64,000 nucleotides of DNA from Mobula birostris (Eukaryota). Both the position numbers and the translations under genes were made by a program. Position 1 is the first letter of the stretch. Each line of letters starts with the position of its first letter. The notes below the pieces were generated by a model. It did not search any database. It saw nothing but the letters and a program-made list of their open reading frames with translations, and was not told where the DNA came from. Below are positions 38,652 to 50,429 of this stretch, one piece after another. Location of the stretch: the NCBI RefSeq assembly GCF_030028105.1, contig NC_092380.1, forward strand, positions 114,027,191-114,091,190, given 5' to 3'.

Positions 38652-40989
38652 AGTCCAGAGTTTTCTGAAAATGGAGACACAGGAAAACAGGGCGGTGAAG
38701 GTTTGGATGATTTCCTGTGCTGTGTACATTTGTAAACTGTTCTGTTACTGTCTGTATGTAAACCTGAATTTACACCTGCCCCCCCTTCTCTGAGACAAAC
38801 ACGCTTGCCGGAAGCCGTGGGTGAGCGCAGGGAAACGGAGACTTTCACCACATAAACCAGTGATGGAGCCAGAGCAACTGATCTACGTTACTAGGCCGAG
38901 GCAGCAGATCTCCCTGCTCTGCTGCTCATGTCGGTCCCCCTGTGTCCTGTCCGGCCCACATCTCGGTGATAACTCGGCAGCTGCTGGCATTCCCCTCCAC
39001 GCCCACCAGGGAAGACACCTCTCTCACCTCAGAACCATTTCCAGCCCGTCCATCCCGAGCTCAGCGGGTTCACCCTTCCGTCTCAAAATTCTAATGTCTT
39101 GATGCTGATATTTCTAAATTTAGAAGCTGCCATTTTGAGTTGTGTCTAGATGGGTGTTTGCCATCCCGGATTGTTTCCAAAATGAGTTCTCCCCTGGGCT
39201 GGGCATTGGTGTCCAGACTCTGGTTCACCAGAGGGAAGCCCAATCCCACCCCTACACCCACCGCCACCCCCAACCCCCACCCCAAACCCCCAACCCCCAC
39301 CCTCAGAAGCCCAGTGGGAGCCTGGGTCAGTCACGACTTCTGTCGTACTGAACACAAGAGTGATTCGAGTCTGGAAGTCCGTCCATTTGTCCTGCCAGTG
39401 TCCCTTCCCCGTCTGTGCCCACTGGCAGTTCATGACTTGCGAGGTATTTTGAGGTGGCCACCGCTAACAGAATGAGGACCACCTGGGAGCGCCCACTGCG
39501 GCAGCAGGCTGTGCGGCCTCAGTAAAGGAGCGCGGTCTCTCATCGTCCTAGTCACCACTTCCCCTCCCCTTCCACCTCGGGGCCCCTGTGCCATGACAGC
39601 TGACCCTTCAGGAGATCCCTCACTGGTATCAAGGAGTGGGAACACAGCTCACAATAGCTTTCCCCCCTATACTTGCTCCCTCCTCCAGCCTCTCCAAGGC
39701 TGTGCCTGGACCTCAGTGTCCTTTGTGCCACGCTATCCCGTCATTCCGACTGGGAATGAAGAGCCACCTTTTGCAACCATTCGCCTCCCAGATCCTGTCC
39801 AGCTCCACTTTCCCAAGCACTGATCCTGCCTCGGTCACCCAGTACCACGCACGTGGAGTGGGCCATTTGCCAGTGGTCCCAAGGGGAAGCTAGGGGAGGC
39901 CCAGTCCAGTGTGAGGGTCCAGGAGTCCTGAGGGAGTGAGGACCCTCTGCTTTCGTGCCCTCAGCCCCCCTTGTTGCTCACAACGTGGGTTGTTTTGGCC
40001 CATTCACTCCCTCTGCCGGGAATGTGTCCACAAGTGAACCAGGATCTCAGATCTCATTGCCCAGCCCTCTCCAGGCTTGGTGCTGTGGCCCTCAGGCCCT
40101 TCAGTTGCTCCTTCAGCTCCGCCCTCATGACTGGATGATCCACATGGAGAACGTGCAGATCCCCTCTGGTCTCGGGGGGGGGGCGGGATTACTAGACTGA
40201 GCAAGTTGTTTGCATCCCTGGACAATCACCATTCTGCTCGGACCTCGGGTGGACCTCGAGGCTCCACAGTCTGTGGTCCTTCTCCAGCTCTTGGTGCTGA
40301 GGGTTGCCTGATCTCCAGGATGCTACCGGGAGTTCCAGTGGTTGGTAATCCTGGTTAACCCTTTCCAGGCCTCACAGACCATCCTCGTACGCCTTTGTGT
40401 TTCACTTCTGCTGGGCCAGGCCGGCTCAGGAGCCCCAGGAGAATGCCAGGTCATGGACGTTTGAAGATGAACCGACCTTCTGTTGGGTCTCTTCATTCCA
40501 ACATACTCCACACACTGTCGGACACTGTCCAGCTGGGCCTCAGGGTAAGGAGGCGGCTCTGGGGACAAATCGATCGAAGTGAGGGTTATTCCGGAATGCC
40601 ATTGTCGAACCCAAAACAGGAGCTCAGCAGTCAGGACGTGGACCTGGATCTTCCACACACTGATTGATGCTCCAGGTGCTTTCAGCTGGAACAAACATTG
40701 GATTCGGAAATCCCAGCAGTGTGGCACTCATGGAGCATGCTCACTTTAAGTCTCTCTTCCCAGCCAAGCCTCTCCTCCCCTCCTCATCTACTGGACTACT
40801 TGGTTAGTCTCCACCCCCATTGTGCCCGTGAGTGTTGTGGAGAGTAATGGGTCTGTTTGTTTTGGGTGTCAACAAGCTGAGTTCTCGGTCCCCCTGTGTC
40901 CTGCCGATATCACATTTCCCCCAGTACAGGAGTTGGGGAAGGATGGGAAAAGCATCAGGGTGTGGCCTCCAAAGGAAGAGAGTCTAAAT

Positions 40990-41792
40990 CAGGGCTACGG
41001 TAGGAAACTTTGTCACATGGTGTGAGCAGAATTATCTGCAGCTTAATGTGAAAAAGACTAAGGAGCTGGTGGTAGACCTGAGGAGAGCTAAGGTAACGGT
41101 GACCCCTGTTTCCATCCAGGGGGTCAGTGTGGACATGGTGGAGGATTACAAATACCTGGGGATATGAATTGACAATAAACTGGACTGGTCAAAGAACACT
41201 GAGGCTGTCTACAAGAAGGGTCAGAGCCATCTCTATTTCCTGAGGAGACTGAGGTCCTTTAACATCTGCCGGGTGATGCTGAGGATGTTCTACGAGTCTG
41301 TGGTGGCCAGTGCTATCATGTTTGCTGTTGTGTGCTGGGGCAGCAGGCTGAGGGTAGCAGACACCAACAGAATCAGCAAACTCATTCGTAAGGCCAGTGA
41401 TGTTGTGGGGATGGAACTGGACTCTCTCACGGTGGTGTCTGAAAAGAGGATGCTGTCTAAGTTGCATGCCATCTTGGACAATGTCTCCCATCCACTACAT
41501 AATGTACTGGGTGGGCACAGGAGTACATTCAGCCAGAGACTCATTCCACCGAGATGCAGCACAGAGCGTCATAGGAAGTCATTCCTGCCTGTGGCCATCA
41601 AACTTTACAACTCCTCCCTTGGAGGGTCAGATACCCTGAGCCAATAGGCTGGTCCTGGACTTATTTCCTGGCATAATTTACACATTACTATTTAACTATT
41701 TATGGTTTTATTACTATTTATTATTTATGGTGCAACTGTGACGAAAACCGATTTCCCCTGGGATCAATAAAGTATGACTGTGACAATGACTA
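40990..41792 (+). mobile_element. Rex1/Babar-like LINE 3' fragment, near-identical to 3070-3875
   Basis: MLRMFYESVVASAIMFAVVCWG...; same AATAAAGTATGACT tail. Confidence 0.9.
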
Positions 41793-42177
41793 TCACATCT
41801 TCACACCTGAAGGAATTTTCCTCAAACTGTGCTGATGCTTCTGTTGCCCCACCGTCCCATCCACCAGTCACTGCTGGCTCTGGAATTCCAGTCCAATCAG
41901 CACATCCCGCCCTGAAGGCATGGGATCAGCTCTCAGCTGATCGGCAGCTGCCACCGTTTGCACCGTGGGACAGGATGGGGAAGGGTTCAGGCCATCGGTG
42001 GGCTTGGGGGTTCTGGCTGGCTGCTGATCGAAGGGCTGGACTGGAGGCACTGTGTTCAAACGGAGGGAGTGGTCAGGGAAGGCATCACCTACATTATTGT
42101 TTCAATGGTTCACCGTGATTTAAAAATAAAGTGGAACTAACCATCTCTGGAGTGTTTGCTGATTTGTGCACATGGAG

Positions 42178-42476
42178 NNNNNNNNNNNNNNNNNNNNNNN
42201 NNNNNNNNNNNNNNNNNNNNNNNNNNNNNNNNNNNNNNNNNNNNNNNNNNNNNNNNNNNNNNNNNNNNNNNNNNNNNNNNNNNNNNNNNNNNNNNNNNNN
42301 NNNNNNNNNNNNNNNNNNNNNNNNNNNNNNNNNNNNNNNNNNNNNNNNNNNNNNNNNNNNNNNNNNNNNNNNNNNNNNNNNNNNNNNNNNNNNNNNNNNN
42401 NNNNNNNNNNNNNNNNNNNNNNNNNNNNNNNNNNNNNNNNNNNNNNNNNNNNNNNNNNNNNNNNNNNNNNNNNNNN
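42178..42476. other. Assembly gap (N run)
   Basis: N bases; followed by a (CA)n tract. Confidence 1.
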
Positions 42477-42501
42477 AGACACACTCACATACAGACAGAC
42501 A

Positions 42502-42547
<46 letters not shown>

Positions 42548-42726
42548 TCCCGAGTTCAATCCACTCACTGTCACTGATGCACAGCTGGTGAGATAAAAAT
42601 ATTTTCTTCAGTGGAAGTATTTGGAAGATTAAAGTGAGGAGAGGAGGAGATATTGTACGTTGGTGACAAACACCCATCCCTGTTCTGGTCTCCACAGTCA
42701 CCTCTGTCAGCTTCTGAAAAAGTTCT

Positions 42727-42761
<35 letters not shown>

Positions 42762-43199
42762 GAGTGTTAGAACAGAGGACTAGCCCCCAATGGAATTGCA
42801 TTTCTCCAGAGTCGTTTGTGAATGAGAATTCACTGAGACAAAACTTCACCTTCCGAGTCTGTCACCTCATGGTGCAGCCTCGTCTACGTAGGTGAGACCT
42901 GACGCAGTTCATCGAGTATCTTCAATCTGTCCACTACAAAAGGCAGCATTTCCTGGTGGCTACCCATTTCAATTCAACTTCCCATTTCCATGCCAACAAG
43001 TCCCTTCATCCCTCCTCTGAGTTCAAGGTAAATTTATTATCAAAGTACATATCTGTCACAGTATACAACCCTGAGATTCATTTTCTTGTGGGCATACTCA
43101 GTAAATCCATAATAGAATCAATGAAAAACCTCATCAACTTGGGGTTCAAACTGTGCGAAAGACAACAAGCTGTGCAAATACAAAAAGAAAAAAAATAAT

Positions 43200-44242
43200 A
43201 AATATAATTATTGGTATAAAATTTACTTGTCTTCATCCATGCCTGTAATATGTATTGTATCAACAATTTTCTTTAAAATTCTGAGAAAGTGCTTGAATTT
43301 TTGACAGAACAAAACACATCTTTTACCTAAAGGAGAAATCACAAATGACCCATCAAAATATCGTCCTATTACTTGCTTACAAACGACATCTAAAATTGTA
43401 TCATCTTGCATCTTGCAACTAATCACCACCCACTCAGATAACCACAATATACTCACAGAAGAGCAGAAAGGATGCCACAAGGATATGAAACGATGTAAAC
43501 TGATAATAGATTCTGTAATTCTATATCAAGCCCAGCAGAAAAGCAGAGATCTTTCATGTTGTTATATTGGCAACCAAAAAGCATTTGACTCTGTCCCACG
43601 CTCACGGTTAATAGAAGCTCTTAATATATATAAACTACACCCAATACTTGTGAAATTCCTGCAACATCTCATGAAGTATCGGCGTACTGTAATCACCCGA
43701 TCTATTAACAACCAAACAGCAAGCACCATTATCAAAATAAACCGAGGCATTTTCTAGGACAACTCTCTATACCTTCTGTGGTTTTGCTTAGCTTTAAACC
43801 CACTCTCTAATTTACCAAATTGGATGTAAATAGGGTATCAAATCAGAGACAAACAAATAAATTTCTATTTGATACCCTATTTCATCCAATTCTATACACG
43901 GACGATTTGAAATTGTGTGTTCCTTCATCAGTGAAGCTATAGCAATTAATTCAAATAGTCCCGTCGAAGGGTCTCGGCCTGAAATGTTGACTGTATTTTT
44001 TTCTATAGATACTGCCTGGCCTGCTGAGTTCCTCTAGCATTTTGTGTATGTTAAACAAATAGTAGAACTATTTTCAAAAGATGTTCAACATGAACTTTGG
44101 AGTAGACAAATGCAGAAGATAAAGAGAGGAGCGATAGGGCTTACTGAATACAAGACGGAGCAGCCGGATACAATACAACCGATGGATGAATAGGAAATAT
44201 GTTAGAATCTGGGAGATCAACAAACAAAGAAAGGAGACTCTT
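43200..44242 (+). mobile_element. R4/Dong-like non-LTR retrotransposon RT fragment, decayed, with a short Penelope-type insert at about 43958-44052
   Basis: DPSKYRPITCL, ILTEEQKGC, QKAFDSVP, INRGIF*..LSxLWFCLALNPLS, LYTDDLKL, FGVDKC. Confidence 0.75.
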
Positions 44243-44430
44243 TCATGTCAAGGTGTTTGTATTTGTAATTAACTTTATCACTTTGTAGAGATTTGCTTTC
44301 ACTTTGACACGAAAGAGTCTTTTTCTGTTGATCAGTGTCAAAAAAGCCAAATTAAATCCACTGTGATTCAATGTTGTAAAATAATAAAACATGAAGACTT
44401 CCAAGGAGGGTAAATACTTTTTATAGGCAC

Positions 44431-44467
<37 letters not shown>

Positions 44468-44524
44468 GTATGTATGCATGTATGTATATATATAAATATA
44501 TGTACAGTAATCAAAGGGTCAAAG

Positions 44525-45100
44525 GGTCAGTGCCGTCTCTATTTCCTGAGGAGACTGAGGTCCTTTAACATCTGCCAGACAATGCTGAGGATGTTCTACG
44601 AGTCTGTGGTGGCCAGTGAGATCATGTTTGCTGTTGTGTGCTGGGGCAGCAGGCTGAGGGTAGCAGACACCAACAGAATCAACAAACTCATTCGTAAGGC
44701 CAGTGATGTTGTGGGGATGGAACTGGACTCTCTCACGGTGGTGTCTGAAAAGAGGATGCTGTCCAAGTTGCATGCCATCTTGGACAATGTCTCCCATCCA
44801 CTACATAATGTACTCGTTGGGCACAGGAGTACATTCAGCCAGAGACTCATTCCACCGAGATGCAGCACAGAGCGTCATAGGAAGTCATTCCTGCCTGTGG
44901 CCATCAAACTTTACAACTTCCCCCTTGGAGGGTCAGACACCCTGAGCCAATAGGCTGGTCCTGGATTTATTTCATAATTTACTGGCATAATTTACATATT
45001 ACTATTTAACTATTTATGGTTTTATTACTATTTATTATTTATGGTGCAACTGTAATGAAAACCAATTTCCCCCAGGATCAATAAAGTATGACTATGATTA
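44525..45100 (+). mobile_element. Rex1/Babar-like LINE 3' fragment (third near-identical copy)
   Basis: Same ORF end and tail as 2056-3875. Confidence 0.9.
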
Positions 45101-45259
45101 TAATCACAATTTTGTTCTGCTCCTAGGCCTTACAATAGGTTATCTTCTCCTGCGTTGAATGGCCATTCCTTTTTTGGGTTATACAGAAAGGTGCTGGAAA
45201 AGGGCCAGTAAACTCATAAAGGATCCCACCCACCCTGCTCATGGATCGTTTGACCCACT

Positions 45260-46480
45260 TCTCGATCTCTCTGTCTCCATCCCTGGAGACAAGCTGTCTA
45301 CCAATCTCTTTCATAAACCTACCAATTCCCGCAGTTATCTTGACTATACCTCTTCTCACTCTACCTCCTGTAAAAGTGCTAATCCCTTTTCTCAGTTCTT
45401 TTGTCTCCGCCACATCTGTTCCCAAGATATGACGTTCCTTTCCAGGACATCAGAGATGTCTTCCTTCTTCAAAGAATAGGGTTTCCCTTCCTCCACCATT
45501 GATGCTGTCCTCAGCTGCATCTTCGCCATTTCCTGAGCAGCTGCGCTCACCCCATCACTTCCCGTCACCCGTCATCTTAACAGTGATAGAGTTTTCCTAC
45601 CACCCCATCAACCTCCGCATCCAACTCATCACCCTCGACAACTTCCACCATCTCCAAAGGGATTCTACCACCAGACCTATCTTTCCCTCCGCTTTCCACA
45701 GGGATCGCTCCCTCCATGATTCCCTTGTCCATTCGTCCCTCCCCACTAATCCCCTCTGGGCACCTATCCCCTGCAAGTGATTTTCCTCCTTTCTCTCCAT
45801 TCAGGGCCCCAAACAATCCTTCCAGGTGAGGCAACACTTAACCTGTGGACCTGCTGGGGTTGTTGCTTGTGTCCATTGCTTCTGGTGAGGCCTCTTCTAC
45901 ACTGGTGAGACCCAACGTAAATTGGGGGACCATTTAGTTGAGCACCTTCGCTTCGTCTGCCAAAAGCCAAACATTTTAATTCTGATTCCCATGCCTGTTC
46001 AAATGTGTTGGTCCATGGCCTCCTCTCCTCCTCTTGTGTCACAATGAGGCCACCCTCAGAGTGGACGAGCAACACCTTATATTCCGTCTGGTTAGCCTCC
46101 AAACCGATGGCATGGCTATTGATTTCTCCTTCCGGTAAAAAAAACTCTCCCACTCCCCTCACCTTCCATTCCACACCCTGGCCTTTTACCTCTTCTCACC
46201 TGCCTATCACATCCCCTGGGTCCCCTCCTCCTTCCCTTTCTCCCATGGTCCACTCGTCTATCAGATTCTCTCTTCTCCAACCCTTTACCTTTCCCACCCT
46301 CCCGGCTCCACTTATCACCTTCCAGCTGTCCTCCTTCCCCCGTCCACACCTTTTTATTCCGACATCTTCCCCCTTCTTTTCAGTTCAGAAGAAGGGTCTC
46401 AGCCTGAATTGTGGACTGTTTATTCCTCTCCGTAGATATTGCCTGACCTGCTGAGTTCCTCCAACATTTTCTGTGTGTTG
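45260..46480 (+). mobile_element. Penelope-like element fragment (RT thumb/GIY-YIG region plus terminal repeat)
   Basis: LDLSVSIPGDKLSTNLFHKPTNSRSYLDYTSSH...PFSQF..LRHICS; later YTGETQRKLG; terminal GAAGAAGGGTCTCAGCCTGAA. Confidence 0.75.
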
Positions 46481-47243
46481 TTTGATGTTTATTGTGTTGC
46501 TTACCTTATTGTGTTTTTTTGTGCTGCATCGCGCCTGGAGTAACAGTGGTTTTCTACTCCTTCACACTTGTGTGCTGGAACTGACAGTGAACATTCGAAT
46601 TTGAGAGTCTGTACAGCAGGTGGCGCCACAGGACTGAAGCAGCAGCAGATGCAGACATCCACCTCCCTGTCCCAGCTCCAGACTCCTGAAGGTCAGGGAC
46701 AGGGATATTTCATTCTACGGGTCCGGAGCAGTCATCAAACACCCTGAGAACCTGCCCTTCGCTGACTAGTGCACTTACTGAACCCTACTAAAATTGTTAT
46801 TAACAACTGAAGTCTGGGCAGCGTCTGAATCCATGGACACAAGCTCATTACTCATACATTTAGCTTATTTGTCTCATGCACATTGAAACATCCAGTACAG
46901 TGAAATTCATCGCCTGCATCAATGACCAACACTGTCCGAGGATGTGCCAGGGGCAGACCGCAGGTGTCGCTACACTCCCAATGGCCACGGCTTACTAATA
47001 CTTGCTCCAATGTCTTTGGACTGTGGGAGGAAACTGGAGCACCTGGCGGAAACCCACACGGCCAAACATACAAACTCTTTATAGCAAGCAGCTCTGGTCG
47101 AATCCCAGTTGCTGGCACTGTAAAGCATTATGCAACTGCTCAGCTAACTATTTATTTTGTCATTTTTAGTAAATTTATGTCTGTGCATTGCACTGCCACT
47201 GCAAAACTACAAATTTCATGTCATTCTCATCAAACCAATCCAA

Positions 47244-47430
47244 NNNNNNNNNNNNNNNNNNNNNNNNNNNNNNNNNNNNNNNNNNNNNNNNNNNNNNNNN
47301 NNNNNNNNNNNNNNNNNNNNNNNNNNNNNNNNNNNNNNNNNNNNNNNNNNNNNNNNNNNNNNNNNNNNNNNNNNNNNNNNNNNNNNNNNNNNNNNNNNNN
47401 NNNNNNNNNNNNNNNNNNNNNNNNNNNNNN
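47244..47430. other. Assembly gap (N run)
   Basis: N bases. Confidence 1.
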
Positions 47431-50425
47431 GAGAAGGAATGGGAATGGGATTGGGCAGCCAGTGCAGAGCACCCCGTAGCAGTTTCCCTCAATAATAAGT
47501 ACACTGCTCTGGATACTGTTGAGGGGGATGATCTACCAGGGGGAGCCACAGTGATCGGTTGTCTGACATTGAATCTGGTGCTGTGGCTCAGAAGAGCGGA
47601 GAGGTGAGGAGGACTGTAGTGTTGACAGGAGATTGCTTACTCAGAGGAACAGGAACAAGATTCTATGAATGCTATGGAGATACCCAGACGGTATGTAGCC
47701 TTCCTGGAGCCAGGATCAGGGATGTCTCGGATTGGATCCATGGTATTCTCAAGGGGGAGGATGAGCAGCCAGAAGTCTGGGCACATCTTGGCACCAGTGA
47801 CGAAAGTAGACAGGGTGAGGAGATCATGAAAAGACATTTTAAGGAGATACATAGAAAGCTGAGAAACAGGATCTCCAGGGTAGTAATCTCTGGATTGCTG
47901 CCTGTGCCGCGTGCCAGTGAGCGTAACAATAAGATGATTTGGCAGATGACTGTGCGGTTGAGGAACTGGTGCAGGGAGCAGGATTTCAGATTACTGATAT
48001 CATTGGGATCTCTTCTGGGGAAGGTACGATCTGTACGAAAGAGATGGGTTACACCTGAGCCCGAGGGGGATCAATATCCTTGCGGGCAGGTTGGGAGGGT
48101 TTAAACTAATTTGGCAGGGGGATGGGAACTGGAGTGATAGAGCTGAGGATGAGGTAGATGGTTTACAAACAGAGGCAGTGTGTAGTGATACTGTGGCAAG
48201 GAGAGGCTGATAATAGGGCAAAATAGCCGTCATTGTAAAATGTGGACAAAATCAGAAAGCGTGATTACGGGACTGAGGTGTTATATTTGAATGTGTGCAG
48301 TATACAGAATAAGGTAGATGAGTCGTACACAGTTGCAGATTGGCAGGTACGATGTTGTAGGCATCACTGAATCATGGCTGAAAGAAGATTATAGCTGGGA
48401 GCTCAATGTCCAAGGATACACATCGTATCGAAAGGACCGGCAGGTAGTCAGAGGGGGTGGTGTGGCTCTGTTGGTAAAAAATGAAATCAAATTATCAGAA
48501 AAATGTGACATAGGGTCAGAAGGTGTAGAATCATTGTGGGTAGAGCTAAGAAACTGCAAGGGTAAAAAGGCCCTGATAGGAGTTCCAGTATATACAGACC
48601 CCCAAACAATAGTAAAGAATATGTCTACAAATAGAAAATGCCTGTGAAAAGAGAGATGTTACAATAGTCATGGGGGATTTCAATATGTAGGTAGATTGGG
48701 AAAATCAGGTTGGTGCTGGATTCCAAGAGGGAGAATTTCTAAAAATCCTATGGCATAGCTTTTTAGTGCAGTTTGTGGTTGAGCCCACTGGGTGATCAGT
48801 TATTCTGGATTGATTGGGTGATGTACAATGAATCGGAATTGATTAGAGAGCTTAAGGTAAAGGAACCCTTAGGAATCAGTAATCATAATATGATAGAATT
48901 CACCCTGCAGTTTGAGAAGGAGAAGCTAAAGTCGGATGTATCAGTATTAAAGTGGAGTAAAGGGAATTAGAGGCATGAGAAGGAGCTGGCCAAAACTGAT
49001 TGGAAGAGAATAGTAGCTGGTATGACGGCAGAGCAGCAATGTCTGGAATTTCTGGGAGCAATTTGCAAGGCGCAGGATATATACATCCCAAAGAGGACGA
49101 AGTATTCTAAAGGCAGGATGAGACAACTGTGGCTGACAAGAGAAATCAAAGTCAACATAAGAGAAAAAGTACAATAGAGAAAAAAATTAGTGGGAAAAGA
49201 GAAAAAGTATAATAGAGAAAAAAATTAGTGGGAAATGAGAGGATTTTAGGAAGTTAGAAGTTAGAGGAAGTTTTTAAAAACCAATAGAAAGCAATTAAAA
49301 AGTTATAAAGAAAGAAGGATGGAATATGAAGGTAAGCTAGCCAATAATATTAAAGAGGATACCAAACATTTCTTTAGGCAAGAAATGATATTGGACCATT
49401 GGTAAATGATTCTGGAGAGGAAGGTATAAGGGTCAGAGAAATAGTGGATGAACTGAATAAGTATTTTTCATCAGTTTTCATTGTGAAAGACACTAACAAA
49501 TATGCCGGAAGTACATGAGTGCCAGGGTGCAGAAGTTTGTGAAGTGGCCATTACTAGTGAGAAGGTTCTTGGGAAACTGAACGGTCTGAAGGTAGGTAAG
49601 TCACCTGGACAAGATGGTCTACTGCCCAGGGTTCTGAAACAGGTGGCTTAAGAGATTGTGAAGGCATTAGTATTGATCTTTCAAAAATCAATTGATTAGG
49701 GCATGGTTCTAGGGGTCTGGAAAATTGCAGAGAGGCAGAAGAAAGGAAACTATAGGCCAGTTAGTCTGACCTCAGTGGTTGGGAAGATACCAGAGTTGAT
49801 TGTTAAAGATGTGGTTTCAGAGTACTTGGAGGACAAGCAAGAAATAAAAGCATAAACTATTTTCCAAATTGGGAGAAAATTTAAAAATCTGAGGTGCAAA
49901 TAGATCTGTGAGTCCTCGCACAGGATTTCCTAAAGTTTAACTTGCAGGTTGAATTGGTGGTAAGGAATGCAAATGCAATGTTAGCATTCATTTCGAGAAG
50001 ACCAGAATCTAAGAGCAAGGTTGTAATGTTGAAGTTTTATAAGGCTGCACTTGGCATGTTGTGAGCATTTTTGGGCCTTTATGTATTTAAGAAAAGATAT
50101 GCTGGCATTACAGAGGGTCCAGACGAAATTCACGAGAATGATTCTGGGAATGAAAAGGTTAAGGAAAGAAGAGTGTTTGGTGGCTCTGGGTCTGTACTTG
50201 TTGGAGTTTAAAAGTATGAGGGAGGATCTCATTGAAATCTATCAAATACTGAATATAGAGTGGACATGGAGAGGATGTTTCCTGTAGTGGGAGACTTGAG
50301 GACCAGAGGACACAGCCTCAAAACAGAGGGACATCCATTTGAAACAGAGGTGAAGAGGAATTACTTTACCCAGAGGATGGTGAATCTGTGGAATTCATTG
50401 CCATGGACAGCTGTGAAGGCCATCA
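47431..50425 (+). mobile_element. Decayed, internally deleted CR1 LINE (ORF1 esterase-like, APE endonuclease, RT); 3' end resumes at about 53910-54072
   Basis: VVLTGDCLLRG...LPGARIRDV; YDVVGITESWLKE; MGDFN; RT C-terminal motifs. Confidence 0.85.
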
Positions 50426-50429
50426 AATT

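Noticed and set aside
34709-38851. 1380-aa and 1308-aa ORFs; 36-bp unit as a possible CRISPR repeat
   Set aside because: Pure tandem repeat whose unit length is a multiple of 3; no unique spacers, no cas genes, eukaryotic context
42094-42701. ORFs spanning the N runs (also 46922-47607)
   Set aside because: Artefacts of assembly gaps and dinucleotide repeats
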